From IMG/VR virus record IMGVR_UViG_3300016667_000085, positions 1 to 24,869 of that record: 24,869 nucleotides of DNA. The stretch is one strand, 5' to 3'. Source of the stretch: a virus. Its lineage: Duplodnaviria > Caudoviricetes. Position 1 is the first letter of the stretch; every line of letters starts with the position of its first letter. Positions 1 to 7,766 of this stretch are shown piece by piece. A model generated the notes under the pieces. The model searched no databases, had not been told where the DNA came from, and saw only the letters and a program-made list of their open reading frames with translations. A program made the translations under genes and the position numbers.

Positions 1-32
1 ATTCTACTCTCGAAAGTGGTCGAGGAAATCGC

Positions 33-61
33 TTGACTTTCCTCCACTTTCCATGTATAAT
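33..61 (+). promoter_or_regulatory. sigma70-type early/middle promoter
   Basis: TTGACT (33-38), 17-bp spacer, TATAAT (56-61), upstream of the AAA ATPase gene. Confidence 0.8.
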
Positions 62-107
62 ACTTGTATTGAATGATTGATTTGTTGACCGAAAGGACCT
101 TTATATT

Positions 108-1277
108 ATGATTAGCAAGACCGAAAAAGTTGCGTTTCTGACTGAAGCCGCAAAGCGTTTTGGTGAAGTTGTAACCCGCCAGCAACTGGTCGACCTTTCC
201 AGCGAAGGTTTCAAACGCCAGTTCTGGATTGAGGCTGATGAATATCGTGTTGGTCGTGGCAAGTATAAACTGCCGCTTGCAGAGTTTGGCATTAACATGG
301 CTGGTTTGGCAACCGCACAAGTGATTGAAATGCCTGTTGCGAAAGAAAATGTTGAAGTGAAAAAAGCAAAGATTCAATCCATTGCACGTGTTGAAGATGG
401 TGCAATTGTTCCTAAGGTTAATGACTTGTATGTTCCGTTTGGTTTCTTCAATAGCATGAAGGCTATTGTAAAGAGTGAACGTTACTATCCAGTTTTCGTT
501 TCTGGTCTGTCTGGCAACGGCAAGACTTTGATGGTTGAACAGGCATGTGCCCAAACAAAACGTGAATGGATTCGTGTTAACATTTCTCCCGAAACTGATG
601 AAGATGATTTAATTGGTGGCTTCCGTCTGATTGGCGGTGAGACACAATGGTTCGATGGTCCTGTCATCCAAGCAATGAAGGCTGGTTCGGTTCTTGTTCT
701 TGACGAAATCGACCGTGGCTCAAACAAACTCATGTGTATTCAAGGTATTCTTGAAGGCAAAGGTATTCTGATTAAGAAGACTGGTGAGTATGTTGAACCT
801 GCCAAGGGTTTCAACGTAGTTGCTACTGCAAACACAAAAGGTAAGGGTGATGAATCTGGTCGCTACATGGCGGCAACAATTCTTGATGATGCGTTCCTTG
901 AGCGTTTCCCGATTACTGTGGAACAAGAGTATCCCGATATCAAAGTTGAAACTAAGATTCTTTCAAAACTGTTTGCAAGTCTTGGTATCAATGATGAAAA
1001 GTTTGCAGAAAACCTTGTGAAGTGGGCTGATATCATTCGCAAAACTTTCGAAGAAGGTGCGATTGATGAAATCATTTCTACTCGCCGTCTGTCTCACATT
1101 GCCGAAGCATACACTATCTTTGGCGACAAGATGGATGCAATCAAATTCTGTATCAACCGATTTGATGCAGAAACTAAGAATTCTTTCCTCGACCTCTACA
1201 GCAAGATTGATGCTGGCGTGAATCCTGTGGAAGAAGCACCTGCGGTAGTTTCCGTTGACGAGGAAATCCCGTTCTAA
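108..1277 (+). CDS. cobS: CobS/MoxR-like AAA+ ATPase of T4-like phages
   Basis: Walker A GLSGNGKT, Walker B VLVLDEID, ATANTKGKG, AFLERF and ISTRRL motifs typical of phage CobS-like ATPases; AAAGGA SD upstream. Confidence 0.85.
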   Translation: MISKTEKVAFLTEAAKRFGEVVTRQQLVDLSSEGFKRQFWIEADEYRVGRGKYKLPLAEFGINMAGLATAQVIEMPVAKENVEVKKAKIQSIARVEDGAIVPKVNDLYVPFGFFNSMKAIVKSERYYPVFVSGLSGNGKTLMVEQACAQTKREWIRVNISPETDEDDLIGGFRLIGGETQWFDGPVIQAMKAGSVLVLDEIDRGSNKLMCIQGILEGKGILIKKTGEYVEPAKGFNVVATANTKGKGDESGRYMAATILDDAFLERFPITVEQEYPDIKVETKILSKLFASLGINDEKFAENLVKWADIIRKTFEEGAIDEIISTRRLSHIAEAYTIFGDKMDAIKFCINRFDAETKNSFLDLYSKIDAGVNPVEEAPAVVSVDEEIPF

Positions 1278-1299
1278 TCTCCTTGGCATATGTGCCCTT

Positions 1300-1326
1300 G
1301 AGGTCACGCAATGTGACCTCTTTTTT
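1300..1326 (+). terminator. Rho-independent terminator
   Basis: GAGGTCAC-gcaat-GTGACCTC hairpin followed by T6. Confidence 0.85.
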
Positions 1327-1367
1327 CATATATAGATATAACACACTTACAACATAATGGAGAAATT

Positions 1368-2270
1368 ATGGAATTTGAAATTGACCTGAATAAACTCAGA
1401 GAGAAAAAACTTTTTATTGCCACACCAATGTATGGTGGACAATGCCATGGCGCATACACCAAAGCAATCTCAGACCTGATGGTACTCTGTACCAAATACG
1501 GCATCGAAGCAAAACTATTTTTCATCTTTAACGAATCACTTGTACAACGTGCCAGAAACTATTTGGCAGATGAATTCATGCGAAGTGGTTACGATTACTT
1601 GATGTTCATTGATAGTGATATTCATTTCAACGCACAAGACATTTTGGTTCTCATGCACTTTGCCACAAACCGTGATGACATGGATGTTATCTGTGGACCA
1701 TATCCTAAGAAAGCAATTGCTTGGGAAAAAATTAAGCAAGCAGTTGATAAGGGTTATGCAGACAAGAATCCTGGTCAACTTGAAGAGTTTGTTGGCGATT
1801 ATGTTTTCAATCCTGTTGACGGCACTACTTACTTCCGTGTTGATGAACCCGTTGAAGTTAAAGAAGGTGGCACAGGCTTTATGTTGATTAAACGCACTGC
1901 ATTCAATTTGTTTGATGACAAATATCCACAACAACGATACAAACCAGACCACGTTCGTACTGCACACTTTGACGGCTCACGTGAAATCACCGCATACTTT
2001 GATTGCCCTATCGACCCTGAGTCTAAGCGTTATCTTTCTGAAGACTATATGTTCTGTCAGTGGGTACGCAAAGCAGGTGCAAAGGTTTGGTTGCTTCCAT
2101 GGATTCGTTTGAAACACGCAGGCACATATATCTTTGGTGGTTCGTTGCAAGCACTTGCCGCAGTCGGCGCATCACCAACCGCAGACATTTCTAAGATTGG
2201 AAAAAAAGATACCCTAGGTGAAGCAGTTCCAAAAATCACCGAAGTGAAAGCGGAGGCATCAAATGATTGA
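1368..2270 (+). CDS. GT-A fold (GT2-like) glycosyltransferase
   Basis: N-terminal strand FIATPMY, RARN motif, DxD motif (LMFIDSDI), GTGFMLI and LSEDY motifs; GGAGA SD. Confidence 0.75.
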   Translation: MEFEIDLNKLREKKLFIATPMYGGQCHGAYTKAISDLMVLCTKYGIEAKLFFIFNESLVQRARNYLADEFMRSGYDYLMFIDSDIHFNAQDILVLMHFATNRDDMDVICGPYPKKAIAWEKIKQAVDKGYADKNPGQLEEFVGDYVFNPVDGTTYFRVDEPVEVKEGGTGFMLIKRTAFNLFDDKYPQQRYKPDHVRTAHFDGSREITAYFDCPIDPESKRYLSEDYMFCQWVRKAGAKVWLLPWIRLKHAGTYIFGGSLQALAAVGASPTADISKIGKKDTLGEAVPKITEVKAEASND

Positions 2271-2589
2271 TTATCGCTACAACGAAGACGAAGCACTTGC
2301 TGAGTTGAAACTGTATATTGATGAAACGTATGGTCAACACTACTCACGCAATCAATTTCAAGCAACGGAATTCATCATCGATGGTGGACATGGTGAAGGA
2401 TTCTGTATTGGAAACATCCTGAAATACGCACAACGATATGGTAAGAAAGACGGTCGCAACCGAAAAGACTTGCTAAAAGTTTTGCATTATGCTATTATTA
2501 TGCTACACGTACATGACTTGAATGAAGGAAAACAACATGAAACTAAGCGAATCAACCCTGAATATCCTCAAGAACTACGCCACGATTAA
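2263..2589 (+). CDS. DUF3310/SaV-like small phage protein
   Basis: HY...GFCIGNILKYAQRYGKKDG...DLLKVLHY pattern; GGAGG SD; overlaps the upstream gene end. Confidence 0.7.
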   Translation: MIDYRYNEDEALAELKLYIDETYGQHYSRNQFQATEFIIDGGHGEGFCIGNILKYAQRYGKKDGRNRKDLLKVLHYAIIMLHVHDLNEGKQHETKRINPEYPQELRHD

Positions 2590-3208
2590 TCAAGGCGTAC
2601 AAATCAAAAGTGGACAAACAATCCGCACAATCTCTAAACAACAAAACGTTCTTGCAAAAGCAACTGTAAGCGAGACATTCGATTCTGATTTTGTCATCTA
2701 TGATTTGAATCGTTTTCTTGCTCTTGTTGGCTCACTTGATTCTCCAGAAATCAAAGTGAATACAGACAAGAAAGTTTTGACTGTTACTGCTGGCGCATCT
2801 AAGACTGTCTATGGTCTATCTGACGAGTCTATGATTGTTGCACCTCCAGCAAAAGAGATTAAAATTGAAAATGCCGAAGTGAATTTTACATTGACAAAAG
2901 ACAACCTAGCGCAGGTTCTTAAACTGTCTGGCATTCTTGGTCTGCCTAACATCGCAGTGATTGGCAATGGCTCTAACATTTCTATCTGTGCATTGGATGC
3001 AAAGAATGACGAGTCTGACAACTTCTCAATCAACGTAGGCGAGACTGGCGCAACTTTCAAATTCATTTTCAATACAGAAAATCTAAAGATGATTCCTGGC
3101 AACTATGCAGTGCAAATTTCATCTAAGGGCATTTCACATTTCAAGAATGAGAAAGACCCAATTGAATATTGGATTGCAACTGAAGCAGGTTCTAAGTACG
3201 AAGGCTAA
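2537..3208 (+). CDS. gp45: DNA polymerase sliding clamp (T4 gp45-like)
   Basis: MKLSESTLNILKNYATINQ N-terminus, IYDLNRFL, NLKMIPGNY, YWIATE; start moved to ATG 2537 because AAGGAA precedes it. Confidence 0.92.
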   Translation: MKLSESTLNILKNYATINQGVQIKSGQTIRTISKQQNVLAKATVSETFDSDFVIYDLNRFLALVGSLDSPEIKVNTDKKVLTVTAGASKTVYGLSDESMIVAPPAKEIKIENAEVNFTLTKDNLAQVLKLSGILGLPNIAVIGNGSNISICALDAKNDESDNFSINVGETGATFKFIFNTENLKMIPGNYAVQISSKGISHFKNEKDPIEYWIATEAGSKYEG

Positions 3209-3220
3209 TTAGGAGTTATT

Positions 3221-3484
3221 ATGAGCAATGTGATTATCCCATCTTCACCCGAAGACCGTAAGAAGATTCGTGGTGCCCTTGAAGAAATTTCCAATTCTCT
3301 CACACGTATCGAAGCAGAGCGTGATTTGATTAAAGACATTCTGCAAGACGTAGAAGACAAGTTTGAACTGCCTAAGAAGTATACACGCAAAGTTGCTAAA
3401 ATCTTCCACAAGCAAAACTTCAAAGAAGTGCAAGAAGAACAAAGCGAACTGGAAACAATTTACGAGACTGTGACTGGAAGTTAA
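3221..3484 (+). CDS. dsbA: T4 DsbA-like double-stranded DNA-binding protein
   Basis: 87-aa helical protein with LIKDI...K...(F/Y)HK.N...E...YETV pattern as in T4 DsbA; AGGAG SD. Confidence 0.65.
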   Translation: MSNVIIPSSPEDRKKIRGALEEISNSLTRIEAERDLIKDILQDVEDKFELPKKYTRKVAKIFHKQNFKEVQEEQSELETIYETVTGS

Positions 3485-3485
3485 C

Positions 3486-3869
3486 ATGGACCAAACACGC
3501 CGTAAATTCTTTTCTGGTGTGGGATTGTTTGGTGCTATTGTAGCAGGTGCATCAGTACCTGTTGCAGTGCATATTCACGAACAAAAGAAAAAGCAATTGG
3601 AAGACCTTAGTCATCTTGCGCCTGAGAGTTCTACCACACTCATGCTGTCTGCTGACAATCGAACTGCTGAAGAAAAGCAAAAAGAAAATCCTCCAATGAT
3701 TGGTAATGGATTTTATATTCAGCCTATGGGTTCGATTAAAGAGACAAACAAAGTTAGCATGTCAGTCGGTAAAGATGACCGACTATGGATTAAAGTAGGC
3801 GACAAGTGGGCAAGAGTTGCACTTGAAGATTGGTGTGACCCTAGGTATTGCGACCCCGCCGAAGTTTGA
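3486..3869 (+). CDS. hypothetical protein with twin-arginine (Tat)-like signal peptide
   Basis: MDQTRRKFF followed by a Gly/Ala-rich hydrophobic stretch (GVGLFGAIVAGASVPVAV). Confidence 0.6.
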   Translation: MDQTRRKFFSGVGLFGAIVAGASVPVAVHIHEQKKKQLEDLSHLAPESSTTLMLSADNRTAEEKQKENPPMIGNGFYIQPMGSIKETNKVSMSVGKDDRLWIKVGDKWARVALEDWCDPRYCDPAEV

Positions 3870-3894
3870 TATATACAGCATTATGTGTTATAAT
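3866..3894 (+). promoter_or_regulatory. sigma70-type promoter for gp44-gp62-regA-dps
   Basis: TTGATA (3866-3871), 17 bp, TATAAT (3889-3894) with extended -10 TG; the -10 overlaps an AGCATTAT/ATAATGCT inverted repeat followed by a T-run. Confidence 0.7.
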
Positions 3895-3922
3895 GCTTTT
3901 TTAATTATGATTGGAGTGAAGT

Positions 3923-4861
3923 ATGCTACAAGATTATTTGTGGGTAGAAAAGTATCGCCCTAAAACTGTCGAAGAAACTATTCTTCCGGCAGACCTGAAA
4001 GCAACGTTTCAGGAATTCGTAAACAACAAGAATGTTCCCAATCTCATTCTTTCTGGTGGTCCTGGCGTAGGCAAGACTACTATTGCAAAAGCAATGCTTG
4101 AAGAACTTGAGTGTTCTTACATTGTAATTAACGGCTCAATGAATGGCAACATTGACACCCTACGAAATGAAATTAAGAACTTTGCCTCAACTGTTTCATT
4201 CTCTGGTGGACGTAAATATGTTATTCTTGACGAGGCTGATTACCTTAATCCTCAATCTACTCAACCCGCATTACGGAACTTCATGGAAGAGTTTTCTGCT
4301 AATTGTGGTTTTATCCTTACTTGCAATTTTCTTAATCGTATCATCGCCCCTCTCCACAGTAGATGTTCCGTTGTACAATTTAAGATAAGCAAAACCGACC
4401 GACCAAAACTTGCTTCACAATTCATGAAGCGAGTGACAGGTATTCTACAAACTGAGAAAGTAGAATTCGAACCTAAGGTTGTTGCTGAACTCATTACAAA
4501 ATTCTTTCCTGACTGGCGCCGTGCGTTGAATGAACTTCAACGTTATTCTGCTACAGGTAAGATTGATACTGGCATTCTCGCAAACGTGTCCGAAGACAAT
4601 ATCAAAACACTGATTACTTGTCTGAAAGAAAAAGACTTCACGGCAATGCGTAAGTGGGTTGTTGATAATTTGGACAACGAACCTTCTGCATTGTTCCGTA
4701 AAATCTTTGATGGTTGCCATGAGTATCTTGCACCAAACTCTGTACCACAAATGGTTCTATACTTGGCTGATTATCAGTACAAGTCTGCATTTGTCGTTGA
4801 CCAGGAAATCAACTTTGTTGCGTTTCTGACCGAAGTGATGGCATCGTGTGAATTCAAATGA
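3923..4861 (+). CDS. gp44: clamp loader large subunit (T4 gp44, RFC-like AAA+)
   Basis: LWVEKYRP, GGPGVGKT Walker A, ILDEAD Walker B, SRC motif. Confidence 0.95.
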   Translation: MLQDYLWVEKYRPKTVEETILPADLKATFQEFVNNKNVPNLILSGGPGVGKTTIAKAMLEELECSYIVINGSMNGNIDTLRNEIKNFASTVSFSGGRKYVILDEADYLNPQSTQPALRNFMEEFSANCGFILTCNFLNRIIAPLHSRCSVVQFKISKTDRPKLASQFMKRVTGILQTEKVEFEPKVVAELITKFFPDWRRALNELQRYSATGKIDTGILANVSEDNIKTLITCLKEKDFTAMRKWVVDNLDNEPSALFRKIFDGCHEYLAPNSVPQMVLYLADYQYKSAFVVDQEINFVAFLTEVMASCEFK

Positions 4862-5262
4862 GCCCATTCGATTATATTAATGCAATCAGTGTGTCTAAAA
4901 AAGACATGATGACTGATACCGACAACGATGAACTCGCAGAAAAATCTTATAACGCATACATTGTCAACAAAGGATTGTCATACTTTCCTGATACGATTCT
5001 GTATGCGAATGAGATGAACCTGTATTCACAGTTAGACAACAAACCTCAATTTGCCTATTTACTAAATAGCATCAGACCAAGAAAGCGTTTTAGCAAATGG
5101 TTTAAGAGTGAGTTGGATGACGACACTAAGATTATTTCCGAGTATTTTGGTTACAACACAGAACACGCCAAACAAGTAAGGAAATTATTTACCTCCGAAC
5201 AACTCAATCTGATGAAAGAAAAATTACAAAAAGGTGGATTGAATACAAAGGAGAAGAAATAA
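4858..5262 (+). CDS. gp62: clamp loader small subunit (T4 gp62-like)
   Basis: Overlaps the gp44 stop (ATGA); Y..YIVNKGLSYFPDTILYANEMN and RKRFSKW motifs. Confidence 0.88.
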   Translation: MSPFDYINAISVSKKDMMTDTDNDELAEKSYNAYIVNKGLSYFPDTILYANEMNLYSQLDNKPQFAYLLNSIRPRKRFSKWFKSELDDDTKIISEYFGYNTEHAKQVRKLFTSEQLNLMKEKLQKGGLNTKEKK

Positions 5263-5669
5263 TGGCAATTGAGATTGAAGAATTGCTTGAGGTAAGACTG
5301 AAAAAAGAAGATGATTTCCTTAAAGTTAAAGAAACGCTAACACGAATCGGTGTCGCATCACGTAAAGATAAGACATTGTTTCAGTCATGCCACATTCTGC
5401 ACAAGCGTGGTAAATATTACATTGTGCATTTTAAAGAACTGTTTGCTCTTGATGGGAAGAGTACAGATTTTGAAGACAACGATTTAGCACGTAGAAATAC
5501 GATTACCAATCTGTTGGCTGAATGGGGACTAATCGAAGTGGTCGATAAGAACAAATCGGCAGACCCTGTTGCACCATTGTCTCAAATCAAAATCATTTCT
5601 CACAAAGAAAAAGACGAGTGGAACCTGACTGCTAAATATAATATCGGTAAGAAAAAGGAACCAGTCTAA
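5262..5669 (+). CDS. regA: translational repressor RegA
   Basis: DDFLKVKETLTRIGVAS, QSCHILHKRGKYYIVHFKELFALDG; canonical position after gp62. Confidence 0.95.
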   Translation: MAIEIEELLEVRLKKEDDFLKVKETLTRIGVASRKDKTLFQSCHILHKRGKYYIVHFKELFALDGKSTDFEDNDLARRNTITNLLAEWGLIEVVDKNKSADPVAPLSQIKIISHKEKDEWNLTAKYNIGKKKEPV

Positions 5670-6103
5670 TGGAAGAACTCACTCTACAAGCAAAGATAGT
5701 TTTGGCAAATCATTTTGCCTTCTATCTTAAAGCGCAAAACTTTCACTGGAACGTTGAGGGTCCAGACTTCTTAGAATACCACGAACTATTCGCTAAGGTA
5801 TATGAAGAAGTATATGGACAAGTTGATAGATTGGCAGAAGAGATTCGTGCTATGGATGCATATGCTCCAGGCAGTCTCATGCGTCTAGCGCAACTATCTC
5901 AAATTTCTGACGAGAATGCAGTTTTAAATGCACGTGAAATGGCACAACGTTTGTTGAGTGATATTGATATTATGCAAAGAAGCATTATGGAAGCATACCA
6001 TTTGGCTGAAGGTGCAATGAATCATGGCTACAGCAACTTCATGGCAGAACGCCAAGATGCTTTTGCCAAACACGCATGGATGCTCAGGTCTACCCTGAAG
6101 TAA
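5669..6103 (+). CDS. dps: Dps/ferritin-like DNA protection protein
   Basis: FHWNVEGPDFLEYHELF...DRLAEEIRA ferroxidase signature and C-terminal KHAWML. Confidence 0.88.
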   Translation: MEELTLQAKIVLANHFAFYLKAQNFHWNVEGPDFLEYHELFAKVYEEVYGQVDRLAEEIRAMDAYAPGSLMRLAQLSQISDENAVLNAREMAQRLLSDIDIMQRSIMEAYHLAEGAMNHGYSNFMAERQDAFAKHAWMLRSTLK

Positions 6104-6104
6104 T

Positions 6105-6133
6105 TTGACATCCATACATAATTGTAGTATAAT
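6105..6133 (+). promoter_or_regulatory. perfect-consensus sigma70 promoter
   Basis: TTGACA (6105-6110), 17 bp, TATAAT (6128-6133). Confidence 0.88.
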
Positions 6134-6156
6134 CTGTTCATTGAAGGGAAACAACT

Positions 6157-6372
6157 ATGAAAACAGTAAAAGCAGTTGTAGTAGCATCAGCACTATCTCT
6201 CGCAGTAGCATCAGCATTCGCACAAGCGCCTGCTAAAAAGGAAGAGCCAAAGAAAGCGGCAACTCCAGCAACAGCACCTGCATCCGATGCTAAAGCAGAA
6301 CGTCCTAAGGCAAAAACACCTAAGGACAAGCAAAAAGAAAAAGAAGCAAAAGCGGAAGCCGCTAAGAAGTAA
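6157..6372 (+). CDS. small secreted Ala/Lys-rich protein
   Basis: Sec signal MKTVKAVVVASALSLAVASAFA|Q (AFA cleavage site), then a low-complexity A/K/E/P mature part. Confidence 0.75.
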   Translation: MKTVKAVVVASALSLAVASAFAQAPAKKEEPKKAATPATAPASDAKAERPKAKTPKDKQKEKEAKAEAAKK

Positions 6373-6429
6373 TTCAAAGGGGTAACCCTTGAACCGCCGC
6401 TAGACGAATCTAGCATTTATTATTTTTTT
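6373..6429 (+). terminator. tandem hairpins, probable terminator
   Basis: TTCAA(A)GGG-gtaa-CCCTTGAA, then GCTAGA-cgaa-TCTAGC followed by a T-rich run. Confidence 0.55.
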
Positions 6430-6444
6430 ACAATGAGGTAAATT

Positions 6445-6672
6445 ATGGCATTTGTTAAATCTGGAAAAACACAAAACGAACTCTTGGTTTCTTACCTGCG
6501 TGGCACTGGTCGCACAATCAGCGCACCACAAGCACGTGCATTGTTCGGTGTTAAGAATCTCCGTGCCCGTATGAGTGATTTGCGCCAAGATGGCTACAAG
6601 GTTCGCACTGGTTACAACACAGAAGGTAACACAACTTACGCAGTTTCACGCCGTATGGTTGGACAGGCTTAA
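6445..6672 (+). CDS. small winged helix-turn-helix DNA-binding protein
   Basis: ISAPQARALFGVKNLRARMSDLRQDGYKV HTH pattern plus a two-strand wing; GAGGT SD. Confidence 0.65.
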   Translation: MAFVKSGKTQNELLVSYLRGTGRTISAPQARALFGVKNLRARMSDLRQDGYKVRTGYNTEGNTTYAVSRRMVGQA

Positions 6673-6678
6673 TTCCTG

Positions 6679-6686
6679 TATAAATA
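6679..6686 (+). promoter_or_regulatory. T4-type late promoter (gp55)
   Basis: Exact TATAAATA in the intergenic region upstream of the hsp20 operon. Confidence 0.75.
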
Positions 6687-6692
6687 AGATTA

Positions 6693-6842
6693 TTCCTCGG
6701 GATGGGAACGTAAAGACTCTACTACCTTAGGAGCGTCTAACGCTGGCACAACGATATGGTGTCCCTGTATTCAGTAAGCAGGATTGCTATGCCTTCGGGG
6801 TAGCGCATTTTAATTTAACTCGCTTAATTAAGGAGAACTACT
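6693..6842 (+). ncRNA. structured 5' leader ending in a ROSE-like RNA thermometer
   Basis: Several hairpins including GCTATGCC-TTCG-GGGTAGC; the final hairpin CTC-G-CTT/AAG-GAG (6819-6835) pairs the SD with a bulged G in a UCGCU motif. Confidence 0.65.
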
Positions 6843-7067
6843 ATGTTGCAAAACGTAAACACAGCCATTGATACATTTCAAGGCGCAAAAAAGCAATTCA
6901 TTAAAACATTCGTAACGAATGATGAATTCGCAAAACCCCTCAATACTTTTGTAGATGCACAAACATCTTATGCTAAGAAAGTAGCAGAAGAAGCCAATAA
7001 GTTTTTCACAACTCTTGGTATGTCTTTGTATACATTTGATGCTAAGAAAGCATTCGCAACTAAGTAA
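6843..7067 (+). CDS. hypothetical amphipathic helical protein (phasin-like character)
   Basis: 74-aa ORF with AAGGAG SD; helical periodicity of hydrophobic residues, Ala/Thr/Phe-rich. Confidence 0.7.
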   Translation: MLQNVNTAIDTFQGAKKQFIKTFVTNDEFAKPLNTFVDAQTSYAKKVAEEANKFFTTLGMSLYTFDAKKAFATK

Positions 7068-7080
7068 AGAGGAGATTACT

Positions 7081-7578
7081 ATGAGCAAACAATTTATTCC
7101 CGCATTTTTTAGTCAAGACAACTTCAAAGATATCGAAAAGTTTTTCGTTGGATTTGATGACAGTTTCAATCGCATTGCAAAAATGCATGATGACATGACT
7201 AAAAACATTCCTAACTATCCCCCATACAATATCCGCAAGACTAGCGATAACACATACGTTATTGAAATTGCAGTTGCAGGTTTTGCAAAGCAGGATATTG
7301 AAATTATTCTTGATGACAACAAGTTGACTATCTCAGGAAACTCTTCTGACGATGGCAACAACTTCATGTTCAAGGGTATTGCTAATCGTGCATTCACACG
7401 CACATTTGCAATCGATGACAAAATCGAAATTCAAGATGCATCACTTATCAACGGCATGTTGAAGATTGCACTTGAGAAGATTGTTCCTGAACACAAGAAG
7501 CCAAAGAAGATTGAAGTCAAGGATGGTTCAGAGAAAAAATCCAAGAAAGAACTTCTAGTAGAAACTCCAGAATTGTGA
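7081..7578 (+). CDS. hsp20: small heat shock protein Hsp20 (IbpA-like)
   Basis: NYPPYNI, YVIEIAVAGF, KGIANRAFTRTF, NGMLKIAL and C-terminal IEV motif; start at ATG 7081 after GAGGAG. Confidence 0.93.
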   Translation: MSKQFIPAFFSQDNFKDIEKFFVGFDDSFNRIAKMHDDMTKNIPNYPPYNIRKTSDNTYVIEIAVAGFAKQDIEIILDDNKLTISGNSSDDGNNFMFKGIANRAFTRTFAIDDKIEIQDASLINGMLKIALEKIVPEHKKPKKIEVKDGSEKKSKKELLVETPEL

Positions 7579-7587
7579 TGGTGTTTC

Positions 7588-7698
7588 ATGCTAAGAATAA
7601 TTAAAAATATTTTTTCAGGTATTTTAGAAGGCATTGCCGCTACAAAGCAATACAAGGCTTCTAAATTTCTCAACAAAGACAGAGGAGGTCCATTATGA
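7588..7698 (+). CDS. 36-aa micro-ORF (MLRIIKNIFSGILEGIAATKQYKASKFLNKDRGGPL)
   Basis: Read directly from the sequence; fills the gap after hsp20; amphipathic cationic N-terminal helix; its stop overlaps the next start (ATGA). Confidence 0.55.
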   Translation: MLRIIKNIFSGILEGIAATKQYKASKFLNKDRGGPL

Positions 7699-7763
7699 AT
7701 CAATGGTGGCCTGTAACTGACGAGGAATGGGAACGACTAAACTATCCTGAAAAGTTTAAATAA
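7695..7763 (+). CDS. 22-aa micro-ORF (MNQWWPVTDEEWERLNYPEKFK)
   Basis: Strong GAGGAGG SD at correct spacing, ATGA coupling, stop immediately before the terminator. Confidence 0.6.
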   Translation: MNQWWPVTDEEWERLNYPEKFK

Positions 7764-7766
7764 TTC

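Noticed and set aside
108-1277. Cobalamin biosynthesis role for the CobS-like gene
   Set aside because: The name reflects AAA-family similarity only; no cob pathway genes are present in the window.
6693-6804. Possible tRNA in the structured intergenic region
   Set aside because: No acceptor stem, no GTTCRA T-loop and no CCA end.
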